NCBI GenBank assembly: GCA_010093815.1
Contig: ML996578.1
From: Pseudovirgaria hyperparasitica
Taxonomy: Eukaryota
Strand: one strand, 5' to 3'
DNA: 64,000 nucleotides
Part shown: positions 14,093-28,961 of the stretch, piece after piece
How positions within the stretch are numbered: position 1 is the stretch's first letter
Layout: each line of letters opens with the position of its first letter
Notes under the pieces: model-generated
Databases searched by the model: none
What the model was told of the DNA's origin: nothing
The model's input: only the letters and a program-made list of their open reading frames with translations
Program-made: the position numbers and the translations under genes

Positions 14093-14775
14093 CCTGGCAG
14101 AATATGGTGAAGTTCTGGGAGCAGAGACGGAGGGCTATACAGCGCATAGGGGCTTCTGACTTTGCTACAGCTCAAGATGCCTTCGAATGTCCAGTCAGGT
14201 CGAAAGCGGGGTAAGATATTGGGGTGTCACGACAAGTGGTAGTGAATTACATGTCGCTAGGCAAGAGTGATACTGTTCGATCTGAGATCAGTGAGAAGTA
14301 TTAGGAGAGACTTAGGGCATTATATGCGTATAAACGACAAGTCAAAGGAGTAGTCGAGCGTGAAGGAATACGTGTGTTGACAGAGCTCGGGATGTCTACT
14401 CCACTTGTACGGTTAGAAATTAGCTGCCCCAGGCAGACTTAGCTCTTAGCTTGACACTAAGGCCAACCCCCCGGAGCTCTGATAATTTTGGCGGCGATTT
14501 CTCCGCAAACCAGTGACGTTGAATTGCAAGGGGGTTGCAGGGTCCTGTTGGGATCCCATTGGAGCTCCGCCGCGCTCAATTATCTTGCTGAGTCCAACAA
14601 TCAATGAACGGGCTGCACGTTAAATCTCCGCCAATAAGTCAATCTATAATTTTCTTTTCAGATTGTCTGCCTCTTCACAATTTCTTCCCCTTCTTATAAT
14701 CTTGAGTTCTTCAGTTCAATCGTAACCCGCGACTTCCATATTACACCATTCGAATCCCACCCAAACCACCCCGCC

Positions 14776-17184
14776 ATGGCCCTGAATGGTACTTCAGCAA
14801 ATTCTATTCATGCTCACCCTGCAGGAGAAGCAGCTCCTGATGGCACAGGTAGGGACTTGAGTAGTTAATTCACTGCTGTCATGCTAATCTTTTCCAGGAC
14901 TTGTAAGAGAAGATCCCTACCTTGAACCCTTCAAGGATGCCCTCAAGAGCAGGTTTAGCAAGGCTCAGGCATGGATTAAGACGATCCAAGACACAGAAGG
15001 TGGACTCGAAAACTTCTCCAGGGTACGGCTTTTTACTGTCGACGTCGAGGGGTCATTGAGGCTGACGAAGGCAACAGGGCTTCGAAAAGTTTGGGTTTCA
15101 AGTGCAGCCAAACGGCGATGTCATTTACAGAGAATGGGCACCTCATGCATTACGTGCATACTTGATTGGGGATTTCAGTAAGAGGTTGGATGTTGGAAAT
15201 AATTGAAGACTGACTTTCTGTCAGACGAGTGGAATCGCGATGCCACCCCAATGACGAAAAACACATTCGGAACCTTTGAAGTTACGGTACCGGGAAACAA
15301 TGGCCAGTGTACAATTCCTCACGACTCAAAGATCAAGGTATACAGCTTTAGCTCATATATGTGCTATGAATGAAATACTGACAGTATTGTGTAGATATCC
15401 CTCGTCGTACCCAACGATCACGCCAGACAAGAGCGTATACCAGCATGGATAACGCGCGTCACACAGGACCTGTCGGTGTCGCCTGTATATGATGCTCGGT
15501 TCTGGAATCCGCCTCCAGAGGAGAAGTATACGTTCAAGAATGCCCGACCTAAAAAGCCAGCTAGCGTTCGCATCTACGAGGCACATGTTGGCATCTCGTC
15601 GCCCGATCCCAAGGTCACCACGTACAAAGAGTTCACTCAAAACGTGCTTCCTCGTATCAAGAACCTTGGTTATAATGTCATCCAACTGATGGCAATCATG
15701 GAGCACGCATACTATGCTAGCTTCGGGTACCAGATCAACAGCTTCTTTGCAGCCAGTAGTCGCTATGGCAAGCCAGATGACCTCAAGGAGCTGGTGGATA
15801 CGGCACATGGCATGGGTATCACTGTACTACTGGATGTGGTCCATAGCCATGCTTCGAAGAACGTGCTAGATGGACTGAACATGTTTGATGGGAGCGACTA
15901 TCAATACTTCCATGAAGGTGCCAAAGGCAGACATGAGTTGTGGGATAGTAGACTGTTCAACTATGGTAAACACGAAGTCCTTCGATTCCTTCTCAGCAAT
16001 CTACGGTTCTGGATGGACGAATACAATTTTGATGGATTTCGCTTTGACGGTGTCACGAGTATGCTATACACGCATCACGGAATTGGAACGTGAGTTTACT
16101 AAGCGGATCCCTTGCAAGACGCGATCTAACACGATCCAGGGGATTCTCTGGTGGCTACCATGAATACTTCGGGCCAGGTGTTGATGAGGAAGGTGTTGTA
16201 TACCTCATGCTCGCAAACGAGATGCTCCATCAACTCTACCCAGACAGTATCACTATAGCAGAAGACGTATCTGGTATGCCAGGTCTTTGCATGGCCCTAT
16301 CGCTTGGCGGACTTGGTTTTGATTACAGACTGGCCATGGCTATCCCAGATCTGTACATCAAATGGTTGAAAGAAAAAGATGACATCGACTGGGACATGGG
16401 CAATCTGTGCTTTACTTTGACTAACCGACGACATGGTGAGAAGACGATCGCATACGCTGAAAGCCACGATCAGGCGTAAGTCACATTGACCGAAAAATGA
16501 TTCCACATCTAATGATATGCTAGACTCGTCGGCGACAAGTCGCTTCTCTTCTGGCTGTGTGACGCTCAGATGTATACAAACATGTCGGTCTTATCCGAGC
16601 TGACGCCAGTAATCAACAGAGGCTTGTCCCTTCACAAGATGATTCGCTTGATAACTCACGGACTGGGAGGTGAGGGCTACTTGAATTTCGAGGGCAACGA
16701 ATTCGGCCACCCTGAATGGCTTGACTTCCCAAGAGAAGGTAACAACAACAGCTTCCACTATGCTCGGAGGCAGTTCAATCTCGTCGATGATCAGCTGCTT
16801 CGCTACAGATTCCTCAATGAGTTCGACAGTAAGATGCAGTGGATGGAAGAAAAGTACGGCTGGCTTCACTCACCGCAAGCATACATTAGCTTGAAGCACG
16901 AAGGCGACAAGGTCATCGTTTTTGAACGAGCAGGGCTTCTCTGGATTTTCAATTTCCATCCTAGCAACAGTTTCACGGACTACCGCGTCGGAGTTGAGCA
17001 GGAAGGCACTTATAGAGTTGTGATCAATACAGACGCCCCAGGCTTCGGCGGCCATGGCAACATTTCGGACGATACTAGGTTCTTTACGACGCCATTCGCG
17101 TGGAACAACCGCAAGAACTACTTGCAGGTGTACATTCCAACAAGAACTGCCATGGTCCTCGCGCTGGAGAACACGTTGTCATAA
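14776..17184 (+). CDS. glc3: 1,4-alpha-glucan branching enzyme (GH13), multi-exon
   Basis: [44 protein letters not shown] and [12 protein letters not shown] motifs. Confidence 0.97.
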
Positions 17185-17516
17185 ATCATGATTTAAGCTC
17201 AGAAGTTAGATATGACCTGATGCTTGTTTAGCACCATAGAACAAATGCACGAAATTTATGATTATTCTTATTGAGCATATGAGCTACAGTCTTATGTTCC
17301 TAATTACATTGTCCATTGAGAGCCTGATGCGAAAATAATCCGGAGCGAGCTCTAAAAAGCTAGCTGTTTTCTGGACCAATTAAATCGGACCCGTGCGTTG
17401 AACTGGGAGCCGAGCTTTTTCCCATCTCGCCTCAACCTCTTCACCTCCCTTCAAGCTCTTGACAACCACATCCGCTTCTCTCCACTCTCATCAATTCATC
17501 CTCCTACATCTCCAAA

Positions 17517-19593
<2,077 letters not shown>

Positions 19594-21579
19594 ACGAACT
19601 CGATACATCGAACTAGCCGGCACAACATAGGACGTAGGAGAGCTGCTCGAATGTAATCACATCACATGTACAGAGGACGAAAAAGTTTCCCCGATACCAT
19701 GAGGGCAGTTTGGAAGCTGCGGTGGATTTGTCTGTGCCCGGTGTGTAACTTTAAATAAATGTCTCGTCTTTATCTGCATCATCAATACATCTCTTTGACC
19801 TGTTTAAAAAGAATTGTTCACTATCCTCCAAGTCTTACCGCTTCTCAAACTGCACTCACTCAGCAAGTCTCTGTATTTGCAATGACTGAATCAACTCATT
19901 GGGCAACCCCACGTCCCACTGCCAAGGTTCCACGACGAACTGGACGCTCTAAGAAATCCTTGGTCTGTAATATGACAAGAAAACATAGATAATGTCAATT
20001 CGGCACCACATAAATTCTCGTAAGACCGACTTATGACATAGAACAACTAGAGAGATCCTACATGAGCTCGAAGGCCTCAAAGAGGCGCTGTTGGCTCGTA
20101 GATCGCGATTCGTGCAAGAGGTAGGTAGGCCATGACGTCGAAGCCGTGAAGCCTGGCACTTACGTCGGTTCGAAAAGTCACACCACTTACTACTGCCTAA
20201 AGCACGGTCAAGTCCCCAGCGTCAAGGGGAGTGGGGGTGAGACCACTTATATAAGGAAGAGCAAACGCATATCTAGCACCACCAGCTATTATGGGTAGTC
20301 AGATCAAAGTATACATTCATCTATTGTTGTTGTCACGAAATAATGCAGATAGAAGCACATCAGAAGGGCTCTGTCTGTAGATTATAGAATTTTGTTGAGG
20401 ATTCATCAGAGATCCACCAATTATTTAGTAGACTATATACTGCCGACTTGATATCAGATATTAACACCGCCACAATAGTCTGCGATCCACTACAGATTCG
20501 GCGATAACAATTTTCTCGGTGGTCATAAGCAGGGCAAAGAAGTCGTAGGCAAGTGGTGCTTTACACGGCTCGTTAGGCTAGGCCGGAAAGCTTATATTGG
20601 AGATAAGATTCTTGTCTTTGTATCTTGTTCTGTTCTGTTCTGTTCTGTAACATTAATTGTCTACATATGTCACTGTTGTCCAAAGCTATTCCTGGAACAC
20701 AAACAGTCATTAGACGGTATAATAGACCGACGAGACGATTAAAACGTGTAACGTACCTGAACCATGGCGTGAATATGAGTAGGATAGTATAATTTAAAGC
20801 TATGAGTATTCGAGCGAATGAGGATTCCATACTTGCGTGAAGGTAGATAGACCTGTGAAAGAGACACGGACATGACGCAGGGACGATACCATCTGTTATT
20901 CCTTTGATACACATACATATTTATTGGGCTATAATTTCGTATCATGAATTGGACATCGAAGCATTAGTTGGCCCCTATCAGTCATATATACTAGAGAGCT
21001 GGGCTGAATACAGTAACATTGAATTTTGAGAACAGTATGTACTACCAGTTTTTCCGTATACGATAGGCTATGTTCATAATGGTCTCTTGGCTAAGAGTTT
21101 TTGGTTCAAAGTTCATACTAAACTACAGTACGGTGATCCATGGGTGTTGCTGAAGTTTTAGAGCCGTTCGTGAACATGTTTAGTAATGAGGATGCTAGGC
21201 TTTACCAAAAAGCCAAATTCATCGTTAACCCCATAAAGTTGTCTGACCTTCAGAGCACAAAAAGCACACTGACCATCTAAAAGCTTCGATTTTCACCATT
21301 TGGGTATACAGGATTAGGTAGAAAGCCCTGTGAGAGCCGTTATGTGATTTCTTATTGCCGTATAAAGCAAAGCAAGATCAGTCACTAAGAATCTGCAAAT
21401 CTCGCAAGTCTTTACTAGCAGGTCCCGTCCCAGTCAAATACTCTATTCAGGAATAAAAGTTCCGCACATGTTCTCGACCAAGCACTGACCTCCAGTCAGC
21501 CAGCTCATCCTGAAGACTGCTATGTAAGAAAGCTTATCCAGCTTTGCAGGGTTGATGCATGGAACAAGGTGATCGGATG

Positions 21580-21600
21580 TTTAACCGGTCACTTTAGCCG
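21580..21600 (-). promoter_or_regulatory. Two tandem XlnR/Xyr1-type sites (CGGTTAAA, CGGCTAAA) upstream of the sugar porter
   Basis: TTTAACCG (21580-21587) and TTTAGCCG (21593-21600) are reverse complements of CGGNTAAW, about 210 nt upstream of ATG 21811. Confidence 0.5.
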
Positions 21601-21810
21601 GGCTACATGCGGAGCATGACAAGCCATTGCCTGTTGCGATCTGAGGATTAACCAGGATGTGGAAAGATGGGGTAATTCGTACATGTATAATAATGCTGAT
21701 GCATCTCCGCATGTCTCGCTTGTCGCACAGTTTTCTTTGAAACTTTGTATGCACAGTCGCTCGCGTGCCATTCATCTATCGCCAACAACAACATTAGCAA
21801 ACAGTGAGAG

Positions 21811-24059
21811 ATGGCACCTACGGGAGATGGCTTTGAGATGGAGTCCGCGGCTTTGGCCCGACGGCAGGCGCTGATTGGGGCAGCTGGCCCTATGGCGCTT
21901 TTTAGAAATCTCAAGGTCTTCGGAATCGCTTGTTTTGCGTGCCTTGGTGGCTTGTTGTATGGATACAACCAGGTATGATAGAGCCATACTGTCGACTATC
22001 CAAAGCTAAAGTATGCAGGGCGTCTTTTCTGGTGTTCTGACGATGACGTCCTTCAAAGAGCGTAAGCAGTAGTCACAGATCGCATATTACTACTAGCCTG
22101 ACCGTTCCCAGACATGGGCTCATACATCGAGGATCAGGAGACTTTGACCTGGAATTCTTCCAAGCAAGGATGGCTTGTGTCTATACTCGAGCTCGGTGCT
22201 TGGTTCGGAACAATGTATAGCGGCTTTCTAGCCGAGATCCTCTCTAGGAAGTACGCGATACTTGTAAATGTTGGCGTTTTTATAATTGGAGTGGTGATTC
22301 AGACCACAGCAGTCGCAGGTTCGGGTCACAGTTCAATATTGGGCGGTAGGTTCATTACAGGTAAGTGAGCCTTGGCTTTGCTCTACTTCAATCAGACTAA
22401 TATCGCATTGATAGGTATGGGTGTTGGATCTTTATCGATGATCGTACCTATGTATAATGCGGAAATCGCGCCACCGGAGTTTCGAGGCGCTCTTGTCGGA
22501 TTGCAGCAACTGTCCATTACTCTGGGTATCATGATTAGTTTTTGGATCGACTATGGCACTGTAAGTAGAGATGGCTTCGACAGGGGTGGAATGTGCTAAT
22601 TGAGATCCCAGAACTATATTGGAGGCACAGGTAGAAGTCAGCACGACACCTCCTGGCTTCTTCCCCTGTGTCTGCAGCTTGTTCCCGCTGTCCTACTAGG
22701 AGTCGGCATGATTTTCATGCCCTTTTCGCCTAGGTGGCTCACTCATCACGATCGAGAAGGAGAAGCAGTCCGAGTATTGGCAAAATTACGAAACCTACCC
22801 CAGGATCATGAATTGATTGAGATCGAGTTCGCTGAGATCAAAGCGCAGTCACTCTTCGATAAGCGAACTCTGGCAGAGAAGTTTCCTCACTTAAAAGAAT
22901 CAACTTGGGTCAATGTACTCAAACTGTACGCTCGACCCAGCGGATCGAATACTGATCGCACCCGACTAACAATGATCCAGGCAATTTGTAGCCATTGCTT
23001 CACTGTTCAAGTCCATGGCCATGTTCAAGCGGGTCATCGTCGCCACGCTTGTCATGTTTTTCCAGCAATGGAGTGGTATCAACGCAATCTTGTGAGCGAT
23101 CCATTTGCGTGGTCTACAAAGTAAGGTTTAACCTCCACAGATACTACGCACCGACCATTTTTGGAGGGCTGGGACTGACGTCCAACTCGGTTTCATTACT
23201 TGCTACAGGAGTAGTTGGCATTGCCATGTTCATTGTAGGCCCCAAGACTGAGCTTGTAGACCCACAAACGACTGACAGGTGTAGGCGACGATTCCAGCTG
23301 TCATGTATGTCGACAAATTTGGACGTAAGCCTGTCCTGATTATCGGAGCCATTGGAATGGCGGTCTGTCATATCATTATAGCCGTCATCACCGCAAAGAA
23401 CCAACATGATTGGCCGTCGCATCAGGCTGCCGGTTGGGCAGCTGTCGCTATGGTCTGGCTTTTCGTCGTCCATTTCGGATACTCTTGGGGGCCATGCGCT
23501 TGGATTGTAATAGCAGAGATCTGGCCTCTTTCGAACAGGTATGCCACACGTCATCCCTTCTCTTCACACCCCTTGTTCTCTGCTACTGTCTCTACTCATA
23601 TCAAGCTCACTCACACTACAAGGCCATATGGCATTGCATTAGGTAAGTGTTGACGACCGAATGCTTTCGCGCGACTGATCATCCTCAGGTGCATCCTCCA
23701 ATTGGATGAATAATTTCATCGTCGGCCAGGTGACCCCTGATATGCTTTCGAGCCTCACATATGGAACATACATATTCTTTGGACTCCTCACTTTTCTCGG
23801 CGCGGGCTTCGTCTGGTGGTATGTACCAGAGACAAAAGGCCTCACTTTAGAAGAGATGGACATCCTTTTTGGAAGCGAAGGTATCGCCGCAGCAGACAAG
23901 GAAAGAATGAAGGAGATCGAACAGGAGGTTGGGTTGAACAATCTCCTTGGTAGAATCAACGGCGACAGATCCGTCTCTGGTGACAAGGAGACTGAGATTG
24001 AGAAGTCTGACGACGAGAAAGTAGGTTCAAACGTGCAGCAGGAAATCGCTTCGCAGTAG
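21811..24059 (+). CDS. MFS sugar porter, probably a pentose (xylose) transporter; many short introns
   Basis: ACLGGLLYGYNQG, PMYNAEIAPPEFRG, PFSPRWL, QQWSGINAI, DKFGRK, SWGPCAW and VPETKG motifs. From memory the N-terminus resembles the XltA/XtrD/Str1 clade; unverified. Confidence 0.92.
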
Positions 24060-24104
24060 GTGTTATTACGTGTATCATGATCGGGGAGCATGAACAGACC
24101 ATAA

Positions 24105-25011
24105 TCATACGCTATTCAGAAGCCTGTCCTTTTGATTGCCATGCGGATCTGTAGATCTTCCAGCTGAATTACGAGAGCTCCTTTGAATGTAGCTCCTGAC
24201 AGCCGCCCATGCCCCAGGTGCGGGTACCATCTCAGTCAGCCCGGCTTCAAGCTCATTGAACTTCGGGTCAACGTAGAACCGCGACTTTCCACGTTCCCAC
24301 GTCATCTCCCAAAACTTTCTTGTCTCTTTAGCCCCGTGTAATTCCATGTTCGTCATATCTATCCAGCTCTTGGGTTTTATGAAACGTAGATCCTTGAGAT
24401 TTACGACATTAGTCTTTTGCCATGGGAATATTCTTAAACACTGAACAATAGCGCGATTATCCCGGGGCAAGTTTTGTAAGTGTTTGAAAAGGGCCTCTTT
24501 CGACATTCTAGCCGCTGGAGGAAGCAACATAGATATGCTCACGACGAATGGCGCGGATACATATGAATAGATGACTAAGGGACCTAGGCCAATGCAGTAG
24601 ATTGTGGCTAATTGTAAGTAACTGCGTTCGCCTTTCGCGCTTTGGACCGCCCATACATATGGGAGTACGACAAGACAGGCGCCTAACAAGAAAAATATGT
24701 ATGTTGTCTTTTGTATGACCACAGAGTAGAGTCGACGATGAGGAGCTGCGTATATGCGGAGGATTTGAGGAAAAGCTAATATGTCAGAGGAGGTTCTTAT
24801 CAAGAAAGAGGGGGCTGTGGGTACCGTAGTTCACAGGTTTCTTAATATGTTGAGCCTTTTGAATTGCCTGAAATGGCTTTCCTGGTATTTTGACTGGTGT
24901 TTTGGCAGGTATTCTGACCGGGCTACTCTTGTGTTGCGTCGCAGGACGAGGCGCGCTTCGTAGTACGCGTAAAGAGACATGAAAGGCGCGTGATTGTATT
25001 AGTGAATTCAT
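24105..25011 (-). CDS. Hypothetical two-TM protein, probably mitochondrial; 2 exons
   Basis: Basic, acid-free N-terminal exon (MNSLIQSRAFHVSLRVLRSAPR...) spliced to a 232-aa ORF with two hydrophobic segments. Confidence 0.65.
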
Positions 25012-25302
25012 CTGAAGACATTGAGTACGAATAACTAGTTTTACTGCTAGGGTCCTCAATTGGCTGCCAAATTGGGTATATGCATGGGAGAGGAAAAGTT
25101 GCAAGCACTCAAGTTCTCCAACACTCAATCGATACGTTATGACACGTGACCGCCCTCTCGGCTCGTCTTATCCATGTGGCTCCTGAAGAGTACTCCGTGT
25201 TAACGAATTTATCTTTCCTATTGACCAAAGCCCGCAGTCTTCACCTTGTGACTTTCACTTTAAAATCCGGAGATGCCTTTGCTTTACTCATGAGAAGTAG
25301 GA

Positions 25303-26567
25303 ATGCGCATCATGTTGCAGCGCAGCCTCCTGTGCCTTACCCATCTTCTCGGGACTATCTTCGCGTACACACCACTGTCAGACGACTCCCTCAAGAGCCT
25401 CCCCGGACCCGGCGATGACTTCGACATCAAAACGGGTACCATCCTTTCGCCTATTCTGAAAGTTCGCGTGCCAGGGACCGAGGGGATTACGGCTGTGCAA
25501 CATCATTTTATAAATTTTTTCCAGAACACGCTCCCCGAATGGCATCTAGAGCTACACAACTCGACTGCGACAACACCGCTCAGCAAGGGCGAAGCAGTTC
25601 CATTTGTGAACATAATAGCTACACGAGATCCACCATGGGCAAGACCTGGAGACGTCGGCCGGCTGGCCCTCGTCGCACACTATGATTCGAAGATAACACC
25701 GGAAGGGTTCATTGGGGCCACTGATAGCGCTGCGCCGGTTGCAATGATCATGCACGCTGTGCGGAGCGTTGATCAAGCCCTTACTAAGAGGTGGAAGGAT
25801 ATGCAAGAGAATGGAGATTGGCAAGACTCATTGGAACCCGAAAAGGGAGTCCAGGTCTTGCTGCTTGATGGAGAGGAAGCTTTCGTAAGCTGGTCAGCTA
25901 CGGATTCGCTCTACGGAGCAAGGTACGCTGCGGCTATTCGAACGAGAAACTGATTGCGCTGACTGCATGCAGGGCTCTCGCTGAGAGCTGGGATGGAAGA
26001 ATGCATACTGCTGCGTCCACCTACCACAATTTCTTGGATTCGATCGAATTGTTTCTTTTGCTCGATCTTCTTGGCTCGAAAGAACCACAAATTCCATCCT
26101 ACTTCAAGACGACACATTGGGCATATAAAGCCATGGCAGCGCTGGAGATGCGTCTGCGAGACATGGGCGAGTTCAAGTCTTCACCTAACCACCATTCGAA
26201 GCGCAAGCCTGGTGACGCTAAGAGAAAGGAAAAGAAGTTTCTACATGAGGCTGATAAGGATGACAGCCGCTTTATGGGCGGCTTTGTTCAAGACGACCAT
26301 GTTCCATTCATGGCTCGAGGGGTCGAGATCTTACACATCATTCCCACACCTTTCCCTCGTGTGTGGCATGAAATGACGGATGACGGGGAGCATCTTGATA
26401 TGGACACAGTGGAAGATTGGGCTAAGCTGGTCACGGCGTTCGTCAGCGAGTGGATGGACCTCGAAGGCTATTTTGAGCACAAACGGGACACAGAAGAGAT
26501 AGCGCAGTTAGCAAGGAAAGGGGAGAACATAGAAGTGGACGAACACATACGAAGAACTGAACTGTGA
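25303..26567 (+). CDS. Glutaminyl-peptide cyclotransferase (M28 family), secretory pathway; 2 exons
   Basis: Signal peptide, AHYDSK, GATDSAAP, DGEEAF, LLDLLGS, DDHVPF, VWHEMTDD. Ends in RTEL (KDEL-like). Confidence 0.93.
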
Positions 26568-26958
26568 GTCCTGTTCGCTATCCTGGCTGCTGCTACTGCG
26601 ACTGCTACTACTGAAATTGAAATACCTATTTGTGCTAATGATACCCAAGGAGCGCGCCATAGACATTCATGAATGGTGTAACGTCGATCTATACATCCTA
26701 AATATCTGTCCATTGTCACAAGCATGCTCTGAGCTTAAATTCTAACTTAATTAAGAAAATCGCGCGAGTCACTTGCAGAAACGTGGGGTTCTAAGGCTGA
26801 CCCGCAGCCCCACTACCAGCTCCCATCGTCATCCTGCTCAGTCGTTCCCCAAGATGCTTACTTATACGGTACAATGGTACATTTCAGCAGGTAGTGTTCT
26901 CGTCAAAGCTACACTTCGGCTGGATATCACCTGATTGCCTAACGGGACATTCCCTAAA

Positions 26959-28947
26959 ATGGGCCAAGATCATTCCAGAGATTCTCAACAGCTGTCTCTA
27001 GGTATGTCAATGCTCACATCGTGATTGCGTCCCGCGACGTCGGTATATGCTGACAATGCTCCAGAGCAGCTTTCTTCCAAGTTGACGCAACGCTTCGCAC
27101 AACAGTGCTATACACCGCTAGAGCTCTATTGCTTCAACTCTGTCTTCAAATCCCTTGCAGACTCACAGTCAGGTCTCCACTATTGGAGCGAGTCTACATT
27201 ATGTCGTTTCCTCGAACTACCGGACGCCCTAAACGTAGGACCAGTACTGTTCCAGATGGCTAGTTACATCGGCGCATTTCCCTTCCCTACCCAAGCCCCA
27301 GCAATCTTAACAAATGAGGCACTTCTCAAGGTCGTTACAATATTGACGGAAAGATATGGAGCAGTTTTCAAGAGAAAGAGTCGCAGGATTTGGTTAGGAG
27401 AGATATACAGAAGTATGGCAGTCTACGATCGAGGATTGCAAGCAGCATTACATGGAGAGAAAAAAAATGTAGCAGAAATGTCCTCTACAAATCAGACTGA
27501 GGTCTCAATGATCAAATCAAATGCTGAGAAGCGTGGCTCCAGTTCTACGCATAGTAACGACCTGAAGTTCGCAATAGATAAGACAGAAGACAGCGAAGAT
27601 GTTTCAGAAGACGACGATCTCGTCCTCGCAGCCTTCGATTCTATGGACCTTAACGATACTTTCAAACACGGAGAAGTAGCAAACATCCACCATTCGATTA
27701 TACCGAGCGACAACCTTCTCAAATTACTTGAGCTGCTTCTTCTATCGGCACCGATGGAACCACATGACAATCTATCCACTTTCGCACTACAGCTGTCGGA
27801 CAAGAGAATCGTAGACATTAGAGCCACTGCAAATAGTGTCTTGTCAGCATTTAGCATCGAGAAAAATCCCGGCGTCACATTCAAGCACTTTAATGTCGTG
27901 ATCTCGAGCGCACTTCCGTATTTGTTTGATGGGCTACGGCCCCTATTCGAACATTTCCTTTTTGCAAAAGATTTTGACCTTTCGCGAAAAAAGGGCGAGG
28001 TATCGTCATCTCCACAGTCAAGTTCACAGCACTCAATATCCGTAGACAAAAGGGTCTCCATTCCAGAACCGGTCCTTCAAACCGAAGGTGATATTATGAA
28101 TCTTAGTACGCTCAGCCAACTCTCGTTTATCATTAAGGGAAACAACCTCTTCAGAAGGCTCCGCCTTCTTTATTCAGGCAACACTAATGGGTTCAGCATG
28201 GGCAGCTTCGAAAAGTCAGTCTTTAATTGGCGTGCTCCGTCGATATTGTTGGTTTCAGGGACTCTTCTTGGTGATCCGTTAAGTGCTCGAGAGCGTGCTA
28301 TGCATGATTCTCTGCCGCACAGTCGGCTGAAAAGTAGTCTCACAGAGACGAGCAAGTCAACCTCTACGACGGTCACCTATGGCGCATACATCTCACAGCC
28401 ATGGAAGCAAACCCACAAATCTTGCTTTGGCGACTCTGGTACTGTTCTATTCCAGATCGCTCCGACTCATGACGTCTTCGGGCCGTCTAAGTCTACGTCA
28501 GATTACGTATACTTCAACCGGGCACCTACACATCCTTCCGGTCTGGGTTTTGGCTCATCTATACCGAGCCAAGGTCGTGCCAATATGCATTCATCCAACC
28601 CTGTTCCCATACCTCTTGGGCCAGTCTCGCTGCATCTTGACGATGGTTTAGAGTTCGCGACATTCACGCATCTGAGCGAGGGTGGTGGGTCATTCTATCC
28701 CTCTCAGCTGCCAATCAGGAAGGCCAGAAGCTGGCAGGATCGCTTTGAGGTCGAGTCTCTAGAGGTATGGGGCTGTGGTGGTGACGAGGAGGCGGATGCT
28801 CAAAGAAGACAATGGGCATGGGAAGAACGCGAAGCTGAGGCTCGTAGGAAGATCAATTTAGGAACAGGTGATGTCGAAATGGACAAAGAATTGCTGCGAA
28901 TGGCAGGCCTGATAGGTGCGAACCAGAGCGGAGGCAGTATGGCTTAA
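26959..28947 (+). CDS. rtc5: Restriction of telomere capping protein 5 (TLDc domain); 2 exons
   Basis: N-terminal MGQDHS myristoylation-like start, [14 protein letters not shown], TLDc motifs LLYSG..GFSMGSF and EVWGCG, C-terminal [10 protein letters not shown]. Confidence 0.9.
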
Positions 28948-28961
28948 ATTCATCAGAGCCT

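Noticed and set aside
20200..21100. TATA-like motif and short ORFs between atp2 and the sugar porter
   Set aside because: No coherent spliced model or recognisable protein motif.
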